Assembly: GCA_030167865.1 (NCBI GenBank)
Contig: JALAGF010002264.1
Coordinates: forward strand, 1 to 35,279
Direction: 5' to 3'
Length of the DNA: 35,279 nt
Origin: Craspedostauros australis
Taxonomy: Eukaryota
The notes beneath the pieces were generated by a model. The model was not told the DNA's origin. It saw only the letters and a program-made list of their open reading frames with translations, and searched no databases. Shown here piece after piece: positions 23,055 to 34,490 of the stretch. The translations under genes and the position numbers were made by a program. Numbering within the stretch: position 1 is the stretch's first letter; each line of letters opens with the position of its first letter.

Positions 23055-24428
23055 TCACACCCCGGCATGCAATTGAGTTCCCACGGCGTTCCCCAGCTGC
23101 TTCTCGCAATCTTCGATCATCTTGGCAGCCTCTTCCAGCATCTCCACGGAACCCTCTGTCTGCAAGATGCGGAGATGATCGTACATGCACCGACGGTAGA
23201 CTTCCACGACGCGCATCTCCTGCGTGCACGAGGTGGATCCTTGCTCGCATTCCTGCTTGGCCTTCGGTATGGCCTCCTCCACCATGAGCTTCTGGGCTGC
23301 CGCGAGCTCCTTGTTCTCCTCCATCTTCTTCTTGGCGAAGTCGTTCAGACTGGCGAACATCTCCTTGATCTCCGCATGCTCGGCCTCCATCTTGTCGTTC
23401 TCTTCCGTCATCGCCTCGACCTTGCGGCGCACGTCCTCCTTCGAACGCTGCAGCTTCTTATTTTCATCCGCCATGCGATCGACTTCGCCCAGATGCAGGA
23501 GTTCGTGATCGACCGAGACTTCGGGCAATTCCTGATCCGCCGCGATGGTGTCCAGCATCTGCGTCTCCATCTCCGCCAATTTCTGCTGCAGATCTCTCTC
23601 GTTCTGCTCCTCGATCTCCCGCAGATCGCCTTCCATTCCCCGCAGCTCCTCCTCGATCTCGGCTTCGAGCTTTGCCAATTCAGCCTCCTGCAGCTTGCGC
23701 TCCTCCTCTTGCACCTTGACATGATGCGCGTACTGCTTCTTCATACGCAGCTTCTTCGCTGTTTCCTTGCCGCGCACCTGGCGGAACAAGGACTGTATCT
23801 TGATGGCCGAGGCCACCTCCTCCAGGACCTGCAGTATGGGCTTTTGATTCTGAGCCTTCAATGATGAATCCGGCCTGCGCGCAGCGCTGGAGCGCCTCGC
23901 ATGCGATTGCCGCGGTTTGATGCCCGCCGCCCTGCGCTTCGATCGCATCGATTTGCGCGGTCCTCTGCTGCGCTGGCTGTCTTCGCGACTGGATGCTGCA
24001 GATCCCATCGTGGAACCCGAACCCGTCGAGGAGTGCAACACGCAGGACTCCTGCGACATGCTCTTCCTCGATGGGCCGCCCGACTTCTTGGACTTTGATG
24101 GATTGGGGACCTTCGTTCTCATCCAATCCAGCACGGAAGGCACCATCAACCTTGTCGTGGTCCCGCCGTACGTCCCCAGCGACGACATGGATTCGTTGCC
24201 TGCTCCGAAGCCCTGGTAGTACAGATTCGCGACGTCGTTCTCGTCGTCGTCGGTCGTCGTTTCGTTGCCATCGCTTTTGCTGGCATTATTGGCGTTGTTG
24301 TTGGGAACGCCTGCAGCCGCACCGCCAGCTCCAAAGGCCTCGATGTCTGCAATGGTGGGCTTGGCATCAATCGCCTCCAGGCAGGTTCTCGGCTGTTGCA
24401 TCGTCTTTGGTGATTCCTGGGCCATCAT
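23055..24428 (-). CDS. IQ-motif + coiled-coil protein of unknown function
   Basis: Long ORF with gene-like codon usage. First ATG at 24428 (MMAQES). Disordered Ser/Arg-rich N-half, IQ-like KIQSLFRQVRGKE, E/K-rich heptad coiled coil. Confidence 0.8.
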   Translation of the reverse strand: MMAQESPKTMQQPRTCLEAIDAKPTIADIEAFGAGGAAAGVPNNNANNASKSDGNETTTDDDENDVANLYYQGFGAGNESMSSLGTYGGTTTRLMVPSVLDWMRTKVPNPSKSKKSGGPSRKSMSQESCVLHSSTGSGSTMGSAASSREDSQRSRGPRKSMRSKRRAAGIKPRQSHARRSSAARRPDSSLKAQNQKPILQVLEEVASAIKIQSLFRQVRGKETAKKLRMKKQYAHHVKVQEEERKLQEAELAKLEAEIEEELRGMEGDLREIEEQNERDLQQKLAEMETQMLDTIAADQELPEVSVDHELLHLGEVDRMADENKKLQRSKEDVRRKVEAMTEENDKMEAEHAEIKEMFASLNDFAKKKMEENKELAAAQKLMVEEAIPKAKQECEQGSTSCTQEMRVVEVYRRCMYDHLRILQTEGSVEMLEEAAKMIEDCEKQLGNAVGTQLHAGV

Positions 24429-25257
24429 CTCGGCTGGCAAGGATCAAGCGTTCGGGATCGTCGGCGGGTTCCCCTGATGGTATCTATCGTCTTGCTAATG
24501 GTTAGGATTTCTGTTTGTTGTATGGCTGTTGCTGTTGCTTTTATTGCTATTGTGGTTGGCGTTGATACGAGGAGTGTGAGAGAGTGAGAGAGAAAGAACG
24601 GCCGGACGGAAGCAGAACCTCCTTTTGCAAGACCGAGAAGGCTTGCGGCGCCACCCAACACGACGATGTGCACAATGCGGACAAAGAGAAGGAACTGAAG
24701 CGGCTGTTCTTTGTTTTCTCCTCCAAGATGACTGTGTGCAGTGACTGCCCTCGTTTCGTCCCTTGTGTCAGCATTTCGGTTTCCCACCAACACACGATTG
24801 CACGCGCACGAATGATCACAAACAGACACAGACAAAGACAGACAATTTCGGAGGAACACGGATACAGCCAATCAGACATTTCGGTGGAACTTCAGTCCAT
24901 GTCCACGACAATCGCGGTGAAATAAACTATCAATTATTGTGACGTACAATTCAAAGTACTTAAATAGACTTATTGAGTGTTCAGACGTGACTATTCTTTG
25001 TTTGGTACACGATTGGGAACGGTTGATTGTGTGACGCACGAAGAAATTACGCGCCAAATCGTCGTGAATTCGTTGATGGCCAGCCAAACGCCACGAGAGG
25101 ACAGGACGTACTACTATTCGTACAAGCTACTCTACCGCGGCTGCGACTTCGATACATTTCAAGCACAGCTAGTCTCGAGTGTGATTTTGTATAGATTCGT
25201 AGCAAATGTTGAGGGTACTTCTTAAATGTGATATTGTACCATGTGGTCGAGCGGTGC

Positions 25258-26946
25258 TTACTCTTCGTACTTCTTGAAGAGAATGGCGGCGTTGTGTCCG
25301 CCGAATCCCAAATTCGTGCTCATGGCACCGTTCACCTCCATCGTGCGCTTCTCGTTTGGCACGTAGTCCAGGTCGCACTCCGGATCTGGAGTGTCGTAGT
25401 TTATCGTGGGAGGCACAACGCCCTCCTTGATCGCCTTGACGGCGACGATGGCCTCGAGGCCACCGGCGGCACCCAGGGTATGCCCCGTCACGCACTTGGT
25501 CGACGACACGACGAAGTCTCCGTCCTTCTCCGTGGCGTGGTCGCCGAAGACAGTCTTGATGGCCATGGTCTCGAATTTGTCATTGTACGCCGTCGATGTG
25601 CCGTGCGCGTTGATGTAGTTGATCTCCTCCTTCTCCATTCCGCTCATGCCGACGGCCATCTCCATGGCGGCCGCCAATCCGCGTCCTCCCGGCGCCGGCG
25701 TGGTGATGTGATGGGCATCGCAGGTGGCACCGTACCCGACGAGCTCGCAGTAAATTTCGGCATCGCGCTTCTTGGCGGATTCCAGGCTCTCGAGCAGGAT
25801 GACGCCAGCGCCTTCTCCCATGATGAAACCACCGCGGTCGGAATCGAAGGGACGCGATCCGGACTTGGGATCGTCGTTGAATTTGGAGGCCATGGCCTTC
25901 ATGGCGCAGAATCCGGCGAAGGTGAGGGGCGTGATGGTGGCCTCGGTGCCGCCCGCAAGCATCTGATCGGCGTGTCCGTCCTGGATCATTCCCATGGCCT
26001 CGCCGATGGCGTGGCTGCCGCTGGCGCAGGCCGAGACGATGCCGTAGTTTGGTCCCTGGCATCCGCATTCGATGCCAATGACACCTGATGCCGTGTTTCC
26101 AAGCAGAGCTGGGATTGTGAATGGGGAGACCTGCATTTACGCGGATTCATGCGTGTGTTTGGTGGACGATTTTGTTCACGATTTTCACCGTGTCGTCAAC
26201 AAAACCAATGGACATTGGTATGAATGGGACATCACATGTGAGCCATACTAATGCATATGTCCATTGCAAATTTATTGCAGGGGAAGAACGAAGCTCATGC
26301 ATCAAATGGAAGAACCAAGCGGACACCGGAGCATGAATCAAATGACCAATGCATCAAATACACACAGCAAACAAACAAACAAACAAGCGGCAAGGAACGG
26401 ACGCACCTTGGGACGCTCTGGCTTCTTGTGAAGCTTGAGGGTCTCACGCTCGAAGGTCTCGACACCACCGAACGCCGATCCCACCATGACACCGATGCGA
26501 TCCGGATTGTTCAAGGTCTCGGGCGTATCGCCCACGCCGGCATCCTGCAATGCCTGACGCGCGGCAGCGACCGCGAAGTGGGTGTACCGGTCGTTGGACT
26601 TGGCGTTCTTGGGATTGACGAAGAAGTCCTTGGCAACGAACATGTCATCGGGCACCTCGCTGGCGATGGTGCACGGGTATTTGGAGGCATCGAATCGCTG
26701 CACCGTGTCGATGCTGGATTGGCCGTCGACGCAGGCCTGGAAGAATTGATCGTGTCCGATGCCGCAGCCGCTGATGACGCCCATGCCTGTCACGACGACG
26801 CGCTTGCTGTCATCGGCGGCGTCGCTGCTCATGCGCAGCGTTGTGGCGGATTGTCTGGTAGCTGGAGAAGCATTTGGTGAGAATGCGGCGGCATTATCTG
26901 TCACCAGAAGGAGGAAACCTCCAAGGGCTGCGCACGATATCTTCAT
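25258..26946 (-). CDS. fabF: Plastid beta-ketoacyl-ACP synthase (KAS I/II, FabB/F type); 2 exons
   Basis: Exons 26946-26407 and 26130-25258; intron 26406-26131 GTGCGT...[12 protein letters not shown]; catalytic triad motifs [14 protein letters not shown] and GHTLGAAGG; terminal GFGGHNA. Presequence ends NAAA|FSP. Confidence 0.95.
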
Positions 26947-27593
26947 TTTGGTTGTGTTGTGTAGAGTATGGCACTTGCAGTGTATCGTGTGAGTGAGATC
27001 AGAAGGACGAGTAGGATTCAGTGGTCGAGTATGAATTGCTGCTGTTCGATCCGTGTTGGCTTTGGTTGATTGGAATCCTTTGGTTTGCTTTGGTTTCCAC
27101 TGGCTTCTGGGGAATGGAATCAGAAGAGTACGAACAGAGAATGATGGTGACCAGCGTTACATGTGGGTGCTGTTCAACAAAGATGAACAAACCAGCTGCA
27201 CGTTTTGTTGGATTCTCATCGTCGATGGTTGGCACAAAGTAGAGCGATGTGCAGCGTCGGAAGACAGCGTGACAACGGATCAGTCAAAGTACGAACCATA
27301 ACTTCGTTGGTGATGTGTGCGATGATGTTGACGTTGACGTCGTTGACAATCATCGGCAATGCGATTTGTTGTTGGCGTTGTTTGGGACACGTATGTGATG
27401 GAACTTTGTCAGTCCTAACATGATTCAGTCCAGTCACAAGTGACGTTGGATCCTTGTTGTCACGACTTGCGCCCATCCAATCCACCGCAAACTCCACGAT
27501 GTGTCGCGAACGAGAAGTGATGGGTGGTTCCTGTTCGTGTTCCCATCCATCACGCTGAAGAGACATCTCATTGGATGTCTGTCGCTGTCGTTG

Positions 27594-27617
27594 TCTCTCT
27601 CTCTCTCTCTCTCTCTC
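27594..27617 (+). repeat. (TC)12 microsatellite
   Basis: Read directly, in the divergent fabF/nhaD intergenic region. Confidence 0.92.
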
Positions 27618-27776
27618 GCTCTTCCGTTCGTTTGTCGCGATGGCTGGATGGATCCGGATTGTTGTTGGGTTGTTGGGTCGTCGGATCTGCTCCCTTGCCG
27701 TGCGTGTCTGTTGTTGTTTCCTGCTGTCGTTGCTTCATCTCTTTGGAGCAACCAGTTCTCTCTCTCCTGTTTGTGG

Positions 27777-27801
27777 ACATCACATCACATCACATCACAT
27801 C
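27777..27801 (+). repeat. (ACATC)5 microsatellite
   Basis: Read directly; followed by two GCAATCACA copies. Confidence 0.88.
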
Positions 27802-28113
27802 GCAATCACATCGCAATCACAGCCACAGTCAGTCACAAAACAAACGAACCACACGGATCAGACCCGCCGAGCTGTCTCTCTCTCCCTTGTTGTCTCCTTT
27901 CACACAAACGCATACTCGTGCGCACACACGTACCCTCATCTGTCGCAACAGATTGCATCCTTCGCGTTTCAGACGAGCTTTGTTGGCAAGTCCACCGAGA
28001 GGACAAGCGCGGATTACATGCAAACGACCATCAACGGCATCGATCGCGGAAAGATACTCTCCTGATTGGCTCTTGATTAGAGGATTATCGAATTCTCAAC
28101 ACCGTTCCAACAA

Positions 28114-30778
28114 ATGGCAAACATGAAGCTCGCAGTCCTCGCCACTTCCTTGCTGGCGGCACCCAGCTGCCATGCCTTCACGCCTTCCTCCTCCTTTGTG
28201 TCGAAGCCGTTGGTCCCCACCACCAGCACCAGCGCCGTCAACAGGAACGCCGCGTTTGCTCGTTTCCACAACAGGCAAGCGCACATCTCGCAGGCGCAGA
28301 GCATCGCCACGCAGCTCGGTGTGGGCGCCAACTTTGATGCAGAGGAGGTCATCACATTGGGTTCGGAATGCGTCATCACACCAGAGGGATTCGGCTTTTC
28401 CACCACCATGGAACGCGTCCTCAAGCAATCCAAGCGACAGGATGGATTCTACAAGGCCAAGGCCTCCGACCGCGTCGTCGATGTCATGGAGAACATCATG
28501 ACGGGATCCGTGGACGTGGCGCTCGTCTTTGAGGATGACGATGATTCCAAGCTCATTGGAATCTTCACGGAGTCGGATTACATCAACGTGAGTTTGATTT
28601 GTATTGGATCTGCTGATTATTGGCGTGCTGTGTCAAAGATGACGGAAAAACACTCTCTCGTCAACTCTGATAGGTGGCCTCATTGACTAGCCTCCCTGCG
28701 TTCTTCTCAACATCACTTGCTCAAAATGCATCTCAACTTTTCGTCTTGGCATATCATCAAATGGATGAATGTTGGTGCAAATGCCATACTCGCACCATGT
28801 TTGCGCGCTCTCCTCTCATGGCATTCATCCATCAATGCTATTGAATAAATGCGATGCACTAAAATGCGTACGTTAACACATCGGCGTGGACTATGCACTA
28901 TGCACTATGCACCGTGCACGCGCACACGCACAGTTCTCCACCCAACGCATCAAGGAGACGAACACTGAAGAGGAGTCAGCCAGCTTCCTCTCGTCGCCAG
29001 TCAGGGATTACACAACCTCAGCCGACGACATCGTCGCTCTGTCCTTGACCGAAACAGCCAACGTCGCCATCGCATCCATGAAGATCGCCGATGTGCGACA
29101 CGTCGTTGTGGCGGACAAGGTCACCGACAGAAAGCTGGGGTTCGGCAGCCAAGTCAAGGGCGTCATCAGCATGCAGGATGTCATGTCGTTGATCCAGAAG
29201 GACGAGCGCCTCAGCCTTGCCACGCTCGAGAAGAAGTACCCAGGCATTTCAAACCCGGTGGACCTCCTGCGAGAGGAAATGAAATCGGAGGCCAACCTGC
29301 TGGCCAAGGAACCAGAGACTGCCAAGAATGACATCATCAAGTTCGGAACCGCGGCCCTCGGTGTGGCCAGCATCGCGGCGTTCTTCTCGCAAGCAGACTG
29401 GTTGCACGCTCATTCTGACATCGTCATGATCGGAATCTTCGTGCTGGGATACATCGGAATCATCTTCGAGGAAGTTTTTGAGTTCAACAAGGCGGCAGTG
29501 GCGCTGTTGATGAGCACGGGCATGTGGGTCACATACGCCGACTACTACCAGAGCACCGGGGTCGCATCCCCCGGAGTGCTCACGGAGCTCGGGGAGCAGC
29601 TCTCGGAGGTCTCCGACATCTGCTTCTTCCTGCTCGCGGCCTCCACCATCGTGGAAGTCGTCGACGCCCATCAAGGTTTCAAGGTCGTCACCAATCAGAT
29701 CAAGACAACGTCCAAGAAGCAGCTGTTCTGGGTCATCGGTTTCCTGACCTTCTTCCTTTCCGCCATCCTCAACAACCTCACTGTCACCATCGTCATGTGC
29801 TCCCTCCTCCGCAAACTCGTGCCGCAGGAGGATGACAGGAAGCTGTTCGGCGCCATGGTCGTCGTCGCCGCCAACGCTGGAGGAGTGTGGACGCCAATCG
29901 GAGACGTTACCACCACTATGCTATGGATCAACAACCAGCTCTCCACCATCCCAACGGTCACTCAGCTGTTCGTCCCGTCCATCGTATGCCTCGTCGCATC
30001 CCTCGCCTTCCTCGTCAACCAAGTCGAGGAGGACAACTCCCTGGCCGAGTCCACCCTACCAGAACCAACAGAGCTTGCCACCAGAGGAAAGCTGGTGTTC
30101 TGGTCCGGCATTGCGTGTCTTCTCGCCGTTCCCGTGTTTGCCGAGCTCACTGGTCTGCCACCGTACCTTGCCATGCTCACTGGACTTGGTGCCATGTGGA
30201 CATTGACCGACATCATCCACATGGGTGAAGACGGTGAGGAGAGCATGAAGGTCCCGGCCGCCCTCTCCAAGCTGGATACTTCCGGAATCCTCTTCTTCCT
30301 GGGAATCCTCATGAGCATCGGCGTGCTGGACAAGAGCGGTCTGCTGAAGGAACTCGCCGTCTTCCTCAGCAACAATCTGCCAAGCCTCGACATCATCGCG
30401 ACCGTGATCGGCATCGCTTCGGCGCTCATCGACAATGTCCCGCTCGTCGCTGCCACCATGGGCATGTACGACATCAGCGAATACGCCACCGACGACAGAC
30501 TCTGGCAGCTCATCGCGCTGTGCGCCGGAACCGGTGGATCCATCCTGGTCATCGGATCCGCCAGCGGTGTCGCCCTCATGGGCCTCGAGAAGGTGGACTT
30601 CCTGTGGTACGCCAAGAAGGTCAGCATCGGCGCTGCTGTTGGATATTTTGCGGGAATTGCCACCTACCTGGCACAGAACGCACTGCTGTCCGGAAATCTC
30701 CTGAATGGCATCCTTCCGCAGGCTGCCGTCGCCGTAGACATGGCGCAGACGATAACCACCACCGGAGTAGTGCTGTAA
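28114..30778 (+). CDS. nhaD: Plastid-targeted NhaD-type Na+/H+ antiporter (NHD1-like) with N-terminal CBS pair; 2 exons
   Basis: Exons 28114-28587 and 28934-30778; intron 28588-28933 GTGAGT...CAG, phase 0. NhaD motifs IIFEEVFEFNKAAVALL, IVEVVDAHQGF, AANAGGVWTPIGDVTTTMLW, SALIDNVPLVAA, CAGTGGSILVIGSASGV. CBS-like KLIGIFTESDY and VRHVVV..VKGVISMQDV. Presequence ends SCHA|FTP. Confidence 0.92.
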
Positions 30779-30904
30779 GTTCGCAATTAAGATTGTTTGT
30801 GGCATCAAGCTGTGCCTTTTCTATGGTCTACGAGGCTGGCAGGTAATTTCGAGTATTATAGCGGAGCAAGCAAGTCAAAAAAGTGCTTCTGTTACCTTCA
30901 TTTG

Positions 30905-30926
30905 TTGCGACCCTGTGGGGTCGCAA
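30905..30926. other. Perfect 9-bp stem hairpin (TTGCGACCC-TGTG-GGGTCGCAA) downstream of nhaD
   Basis: Inverted repeat read directly; function unknown. Confidence 0.6.
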
Positions 30927-32280
30927 AAAAATGCCAAACGAGAGTTTTGTGGATGGCAACATGCTGCCCGAAAAATACAACCTTCGGAAATTGTGATTTA
31001 GGTAAAATGATGTGTATTGATGTTTCGTATTTTACGTTGAGCTATACATGTCACAACAACACAAGTTCGTGCAGACTCCACCGCAACAAATGAGAACAGG
31101 AATCCAAGAAGCAGAAGATCGACATCACCAACAGCAGCCAAGAGACGCGCTCAGCACAACGCGGCTTGCTACGCGCACCATGGTCTCCGACCACCACGAT
31201 ACTCGCACAAGCACACTGCCCTCTACTCGTACGACTATTGGTACAAACACCTCCGAGATGATGAGCGCAGTCTTCGCTGCTTCACTTCCGCCGCCTGAAC
31301 AAGTCAGACACACGCGTTGCGCGGAAAAGTGCAGGTGACGGACGAGAGAGCTGAGGTCGGACCACGCATCATGTGGAAGATGCGCGCGATCTCTTGGCGT
31401 CGACTTCGGTTCCGCGTATCTGTTGACAGATGATGCCAATCTCCAAGTCGTCAAGTCGTCAAGCTGGAGCACTGAGCAAGACTCTCACCCTGCGGCGAAT
31501 TGTCCTGAGGCGTGGAAAGCAACGGCATGACAGCGAAGCATCGCATGGCACCAATGAACTGCGCACGAGACGCATCGCTTTGGACGCCGGAGTAGTCGCC
31601 AACCCAGCCAAGTGGTTGGACCGCATCAAGCCTCACGTACTCCGCCGGCGGCGAACGATCGCATAAGCCACGACCAAAGCGCAATTGACGAGGTGCATGG
31701 TTCTTGCTTCGTTGCTTGGTTCATCTGCTGCCCCAATGGCTGGCCCGAACAACAAACCAAACGCTCGCGTATCACAAGACACCTATGGTGAAGGCGACAA
31801 ATATGAGTGTGAATCCGGCAGAGGCTCCATGGCGCTGACTCCACGGCGCTCATATTCCATGCTCCTCGCCCACCTACATTCACGCTCACATTCACAACCA
31901 TCTTGTCTCCCCATCACAACAAAACGCGGCGCAACTGAACTTCACAATGATGGAGTGATTGTTTGATGTCGTGGTGGTTCCGCTTGCGGCACTCTCTTCG
32001 GCACGTGCAAACCAACTTTCGTCTTTTCACTCAACACGAGCGTTGGCGTTGAATTGATGCATGACTCGGCATGTGCGATGCGGCATTGGATTGATCACTC
32101 GTCATATCCTTGCGCCGTGACTGCACCGCAACTACTCGTACAAGTCTCACAACATACGAGTCTGAAGGCTCTCTTGATAAAGTAATAATGGGAATATCTA
32201 ATTGCTCAGACTTTGTCATCTGCGCTGCTCCGCTGCATGATGCGTTCGCTCGTCAAGCGCCGTTGCTGGAGTGAACTACT

Positions 32281-34141
32281 TCACGCCTCTTCCTTGGCAC
32301 TGCCGTCCACCTCAATCACTTCGGATCCATTGATTCTCATAGAGCTGGTTCTCATTGGGTTGGTTCTCATAGAGCGGACGAAGTCCACCAATGTCGCTCG
32401 ATCCATACATGAATCCACTTGTACTGTACCCCCATCCTCATCTATGATCTTGTGCAGCTCCATCATGGACATACGGCTGCACTCATCATCAATGTCATCA
32501 CTCTCCGCTCCCCCCACTGCGGAGGACATGAATGCTTCTCATCAGTTGGGGCTGTAGAATCAGCTTGCCGAAATCTGGATGAGTGAACAGTGTATTCTCA
32601 TGTTCAGCTGCCATCCTTGTTGCCTCGTCTTTCAACACCACGCAGTTGTGTTGATGGGCGAATATCAACGCATCTATCATGGTGTCCTCTGTGAGATATT
32701 TGTGGGCCAACTCCGCTTCAAGAACAAGCTTGAGTCGCCAGAAGCCGAACTCGTTGGCCACAAGGATCAGTTGTTGCAGATCGTCCTGTCCTGTGAGGAT
32801 GGGAGTTGGCTGGTGAGAGGCATCTGCATCGTGGTGAGCGCCGGCGTGAGCGCCGACGTCAGCAGCAGCGTCGTCACGAGCGCTGTCATTGAAGGACATC
32901 TCGCCTGTGTAGATGCATTGGAGGACGTGTCGGACGTGTTTTGGTGGAAGGTTGGGAAGAAGAATGGTTACTTGCATTGGGGACGCGTCGTCTTCGGTGC
33001 CATCATTCGCGCATTGATTTTGGACTCCAGAGTTGACCAATGTCTCAATGGATGGGACGATGATCATGAGGACTTCAACGTTTGCCTTGATTGGTTGCTG
33101 TTCGTTGTCCTGTCCACACAAGAAGATGGTGTCTGTCTTGTTCTCGATTTGGAAGGATCTGAGCTGGTCTTCTTAAATGCTGATGTTGGTCCTCTTCTGG
33201 CTGCTGTGTTTGTGTTCATTATTTTGCTTCTTCCGCTTCAACTGCTGTCCCAACTGTTCTTGTGGTTGTTGGTTCTCATGCTCATTCTGTTGTAAGCGTT
33301 GTTACAGTTGTGGGTTGTGGTGACTGGGACGCTTCATGATCATTCTCTTGATTTCGGTGTGATGTTTTGCACCCACCATTTCGAGGGGTGTTTTGTTGTC
33401 GTTGTTTTGGATGTCGGTATCGGCATTGGCTGATTCGATGAGGTATGCAACACACTCCAGGTGGCCGTTGGAGCATGCGTAATGAAGGGGAGTCCAACCC
33501 ATGTTGGTTTTGCAGTTGACGTTCGCGCCACATGATTCGATGAGGTACTTGCCACACTCCAGGTGGCCGTTGTGACATGCCCAATGAAGGGAAGTGTCAC
33601 CATTGTCGGCTTTGCAGTTGATGTTCGCCCCACATGATTCGATTAAGTACTTGATACACTCCAGGTGGCCAAAGAGGCATGCGTGATGAAGGGGAGTGGA
33701 ATCATGGTCGTTGTAGCAGTTGATGTTCGCCTCACATGATTTGATGAGGTACTTGACACACTCCAGGTGGCCGTTGGAGCATGCGTAATGAAGGGGAGTC
33801 CAACCCATGTTGGTTTTGCAGTTGACGTTCGCGCCACATGATTCGATGAGGTACTTGCCACACTCCAGGTGGCCGTAGCAGCATGCATGATGAAGGGGAG
33901 TGTCATCATGGCTGCCTTTGCGGTTGATGTTCGCCCCGCATGAATTGATGAGGTACTTCACACATTCCAGGTGGCCTTTGTTGCATGCGTAAAGAAGGGG
34001 AGACCGATCAAGCCAGTCTTTAACCTTGTTGACATCAACTCCTTCATTCTGTATCTTGTTCTGCTTCTTCCATTCCTTCAACACCGACAAGTAACCTGCC
34101 TTGGCAGCATCAAAGAGTTGTTTGTGCGTAACATTCGGCAT
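32281..34141 (-). pseudogene. Disrupted ankyrin-repeat + BTB/POZ (+ SAP-like C-terminus) gene
   Basis: The ankyrin ORF (ATG 34141) and the BTB ORF (to 32498) share one frame, separated by TAA at 33304-33302 and 33175-33173. BTB motifs HVRHVLQCIYTG, LILVANEFGFWRLKLVLEAEL, DALIFAHQHNCVVLKDEA. Removing one G from the G6 run (32515-32510) joins the 32281-32529 ORF. Confidence 0.72.
33450..33876 (+). repeat. 102-bp-period ankyrin tandem array containing an exact 121-bp duplication (33450-33570 = 33756-33876)
   Basis: Both copies read identically from acacactccaggtggccgttggagc to cactccaggtggccgt; offset 306 bp = 3 ankyrin units. Confidence 0.9.
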
Positions 34142-34422
34142 TTTGAGGGGATGGTCGATGGCGTTGGAGTGGCTGTCAAGGAAGTGTGCAGTTCGAGCTA
34201 CCAATGGCAGAGATATCGATGGCGTGTCTTCAATAGCTTGTATTAGTATGAGTACCATGCACTGTGTGAAGAATATGAGTGACAATTCGATGTCTGTTGT
34301 TGATGTGCTGGAGTACGGGGTTGAGTGTTGTGTTGTCGTCTCGTTGTCTTGTTCGCATGATCTTCTCGTTCTCTCTTTCGCTCTTTGTGCCATCAGTATC
34401 CCTAATGAGATTTTGGGCCCCC

Positions 34423-34490
34423 GATGTGACAAATTTGGCACTTCACATTGATGTGACAAATTTGGATCGATGTGCCACATTTGTCACATC
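34423..34490. repeat. Cluster of GATGTGACAAATTTGG direct repeats plus an inverted copy
   Basis: 16-mer at 34423-34438 and 34450-34465; degenerate copy at 34469-34483; reverse-complement 12-mer ATTTGTCACATC at 34479-34490. Confidence 0.85.

Noticed and set aside
31048-32219. Several short ORFs between nhaD and the BTB remnant
   Set aside because: No recognisable domain, splice-joined frame or transposase motif found by eye.
33173-33304. Idea that TAA encodes Gln (ciliate-type code)
   Set aside because: Other genes in the window (fabF, nhaD, the Cys-rich gene) end at TAA at the expected C-terminus, so the standard code applies.
33420-34010. 102-bp periodic repeats as a CRISPR-like array
   Set aside because: The repeats are in-frame 34-aa ankyrin units with no unique spacers; eukaryotic context and no cas genes.
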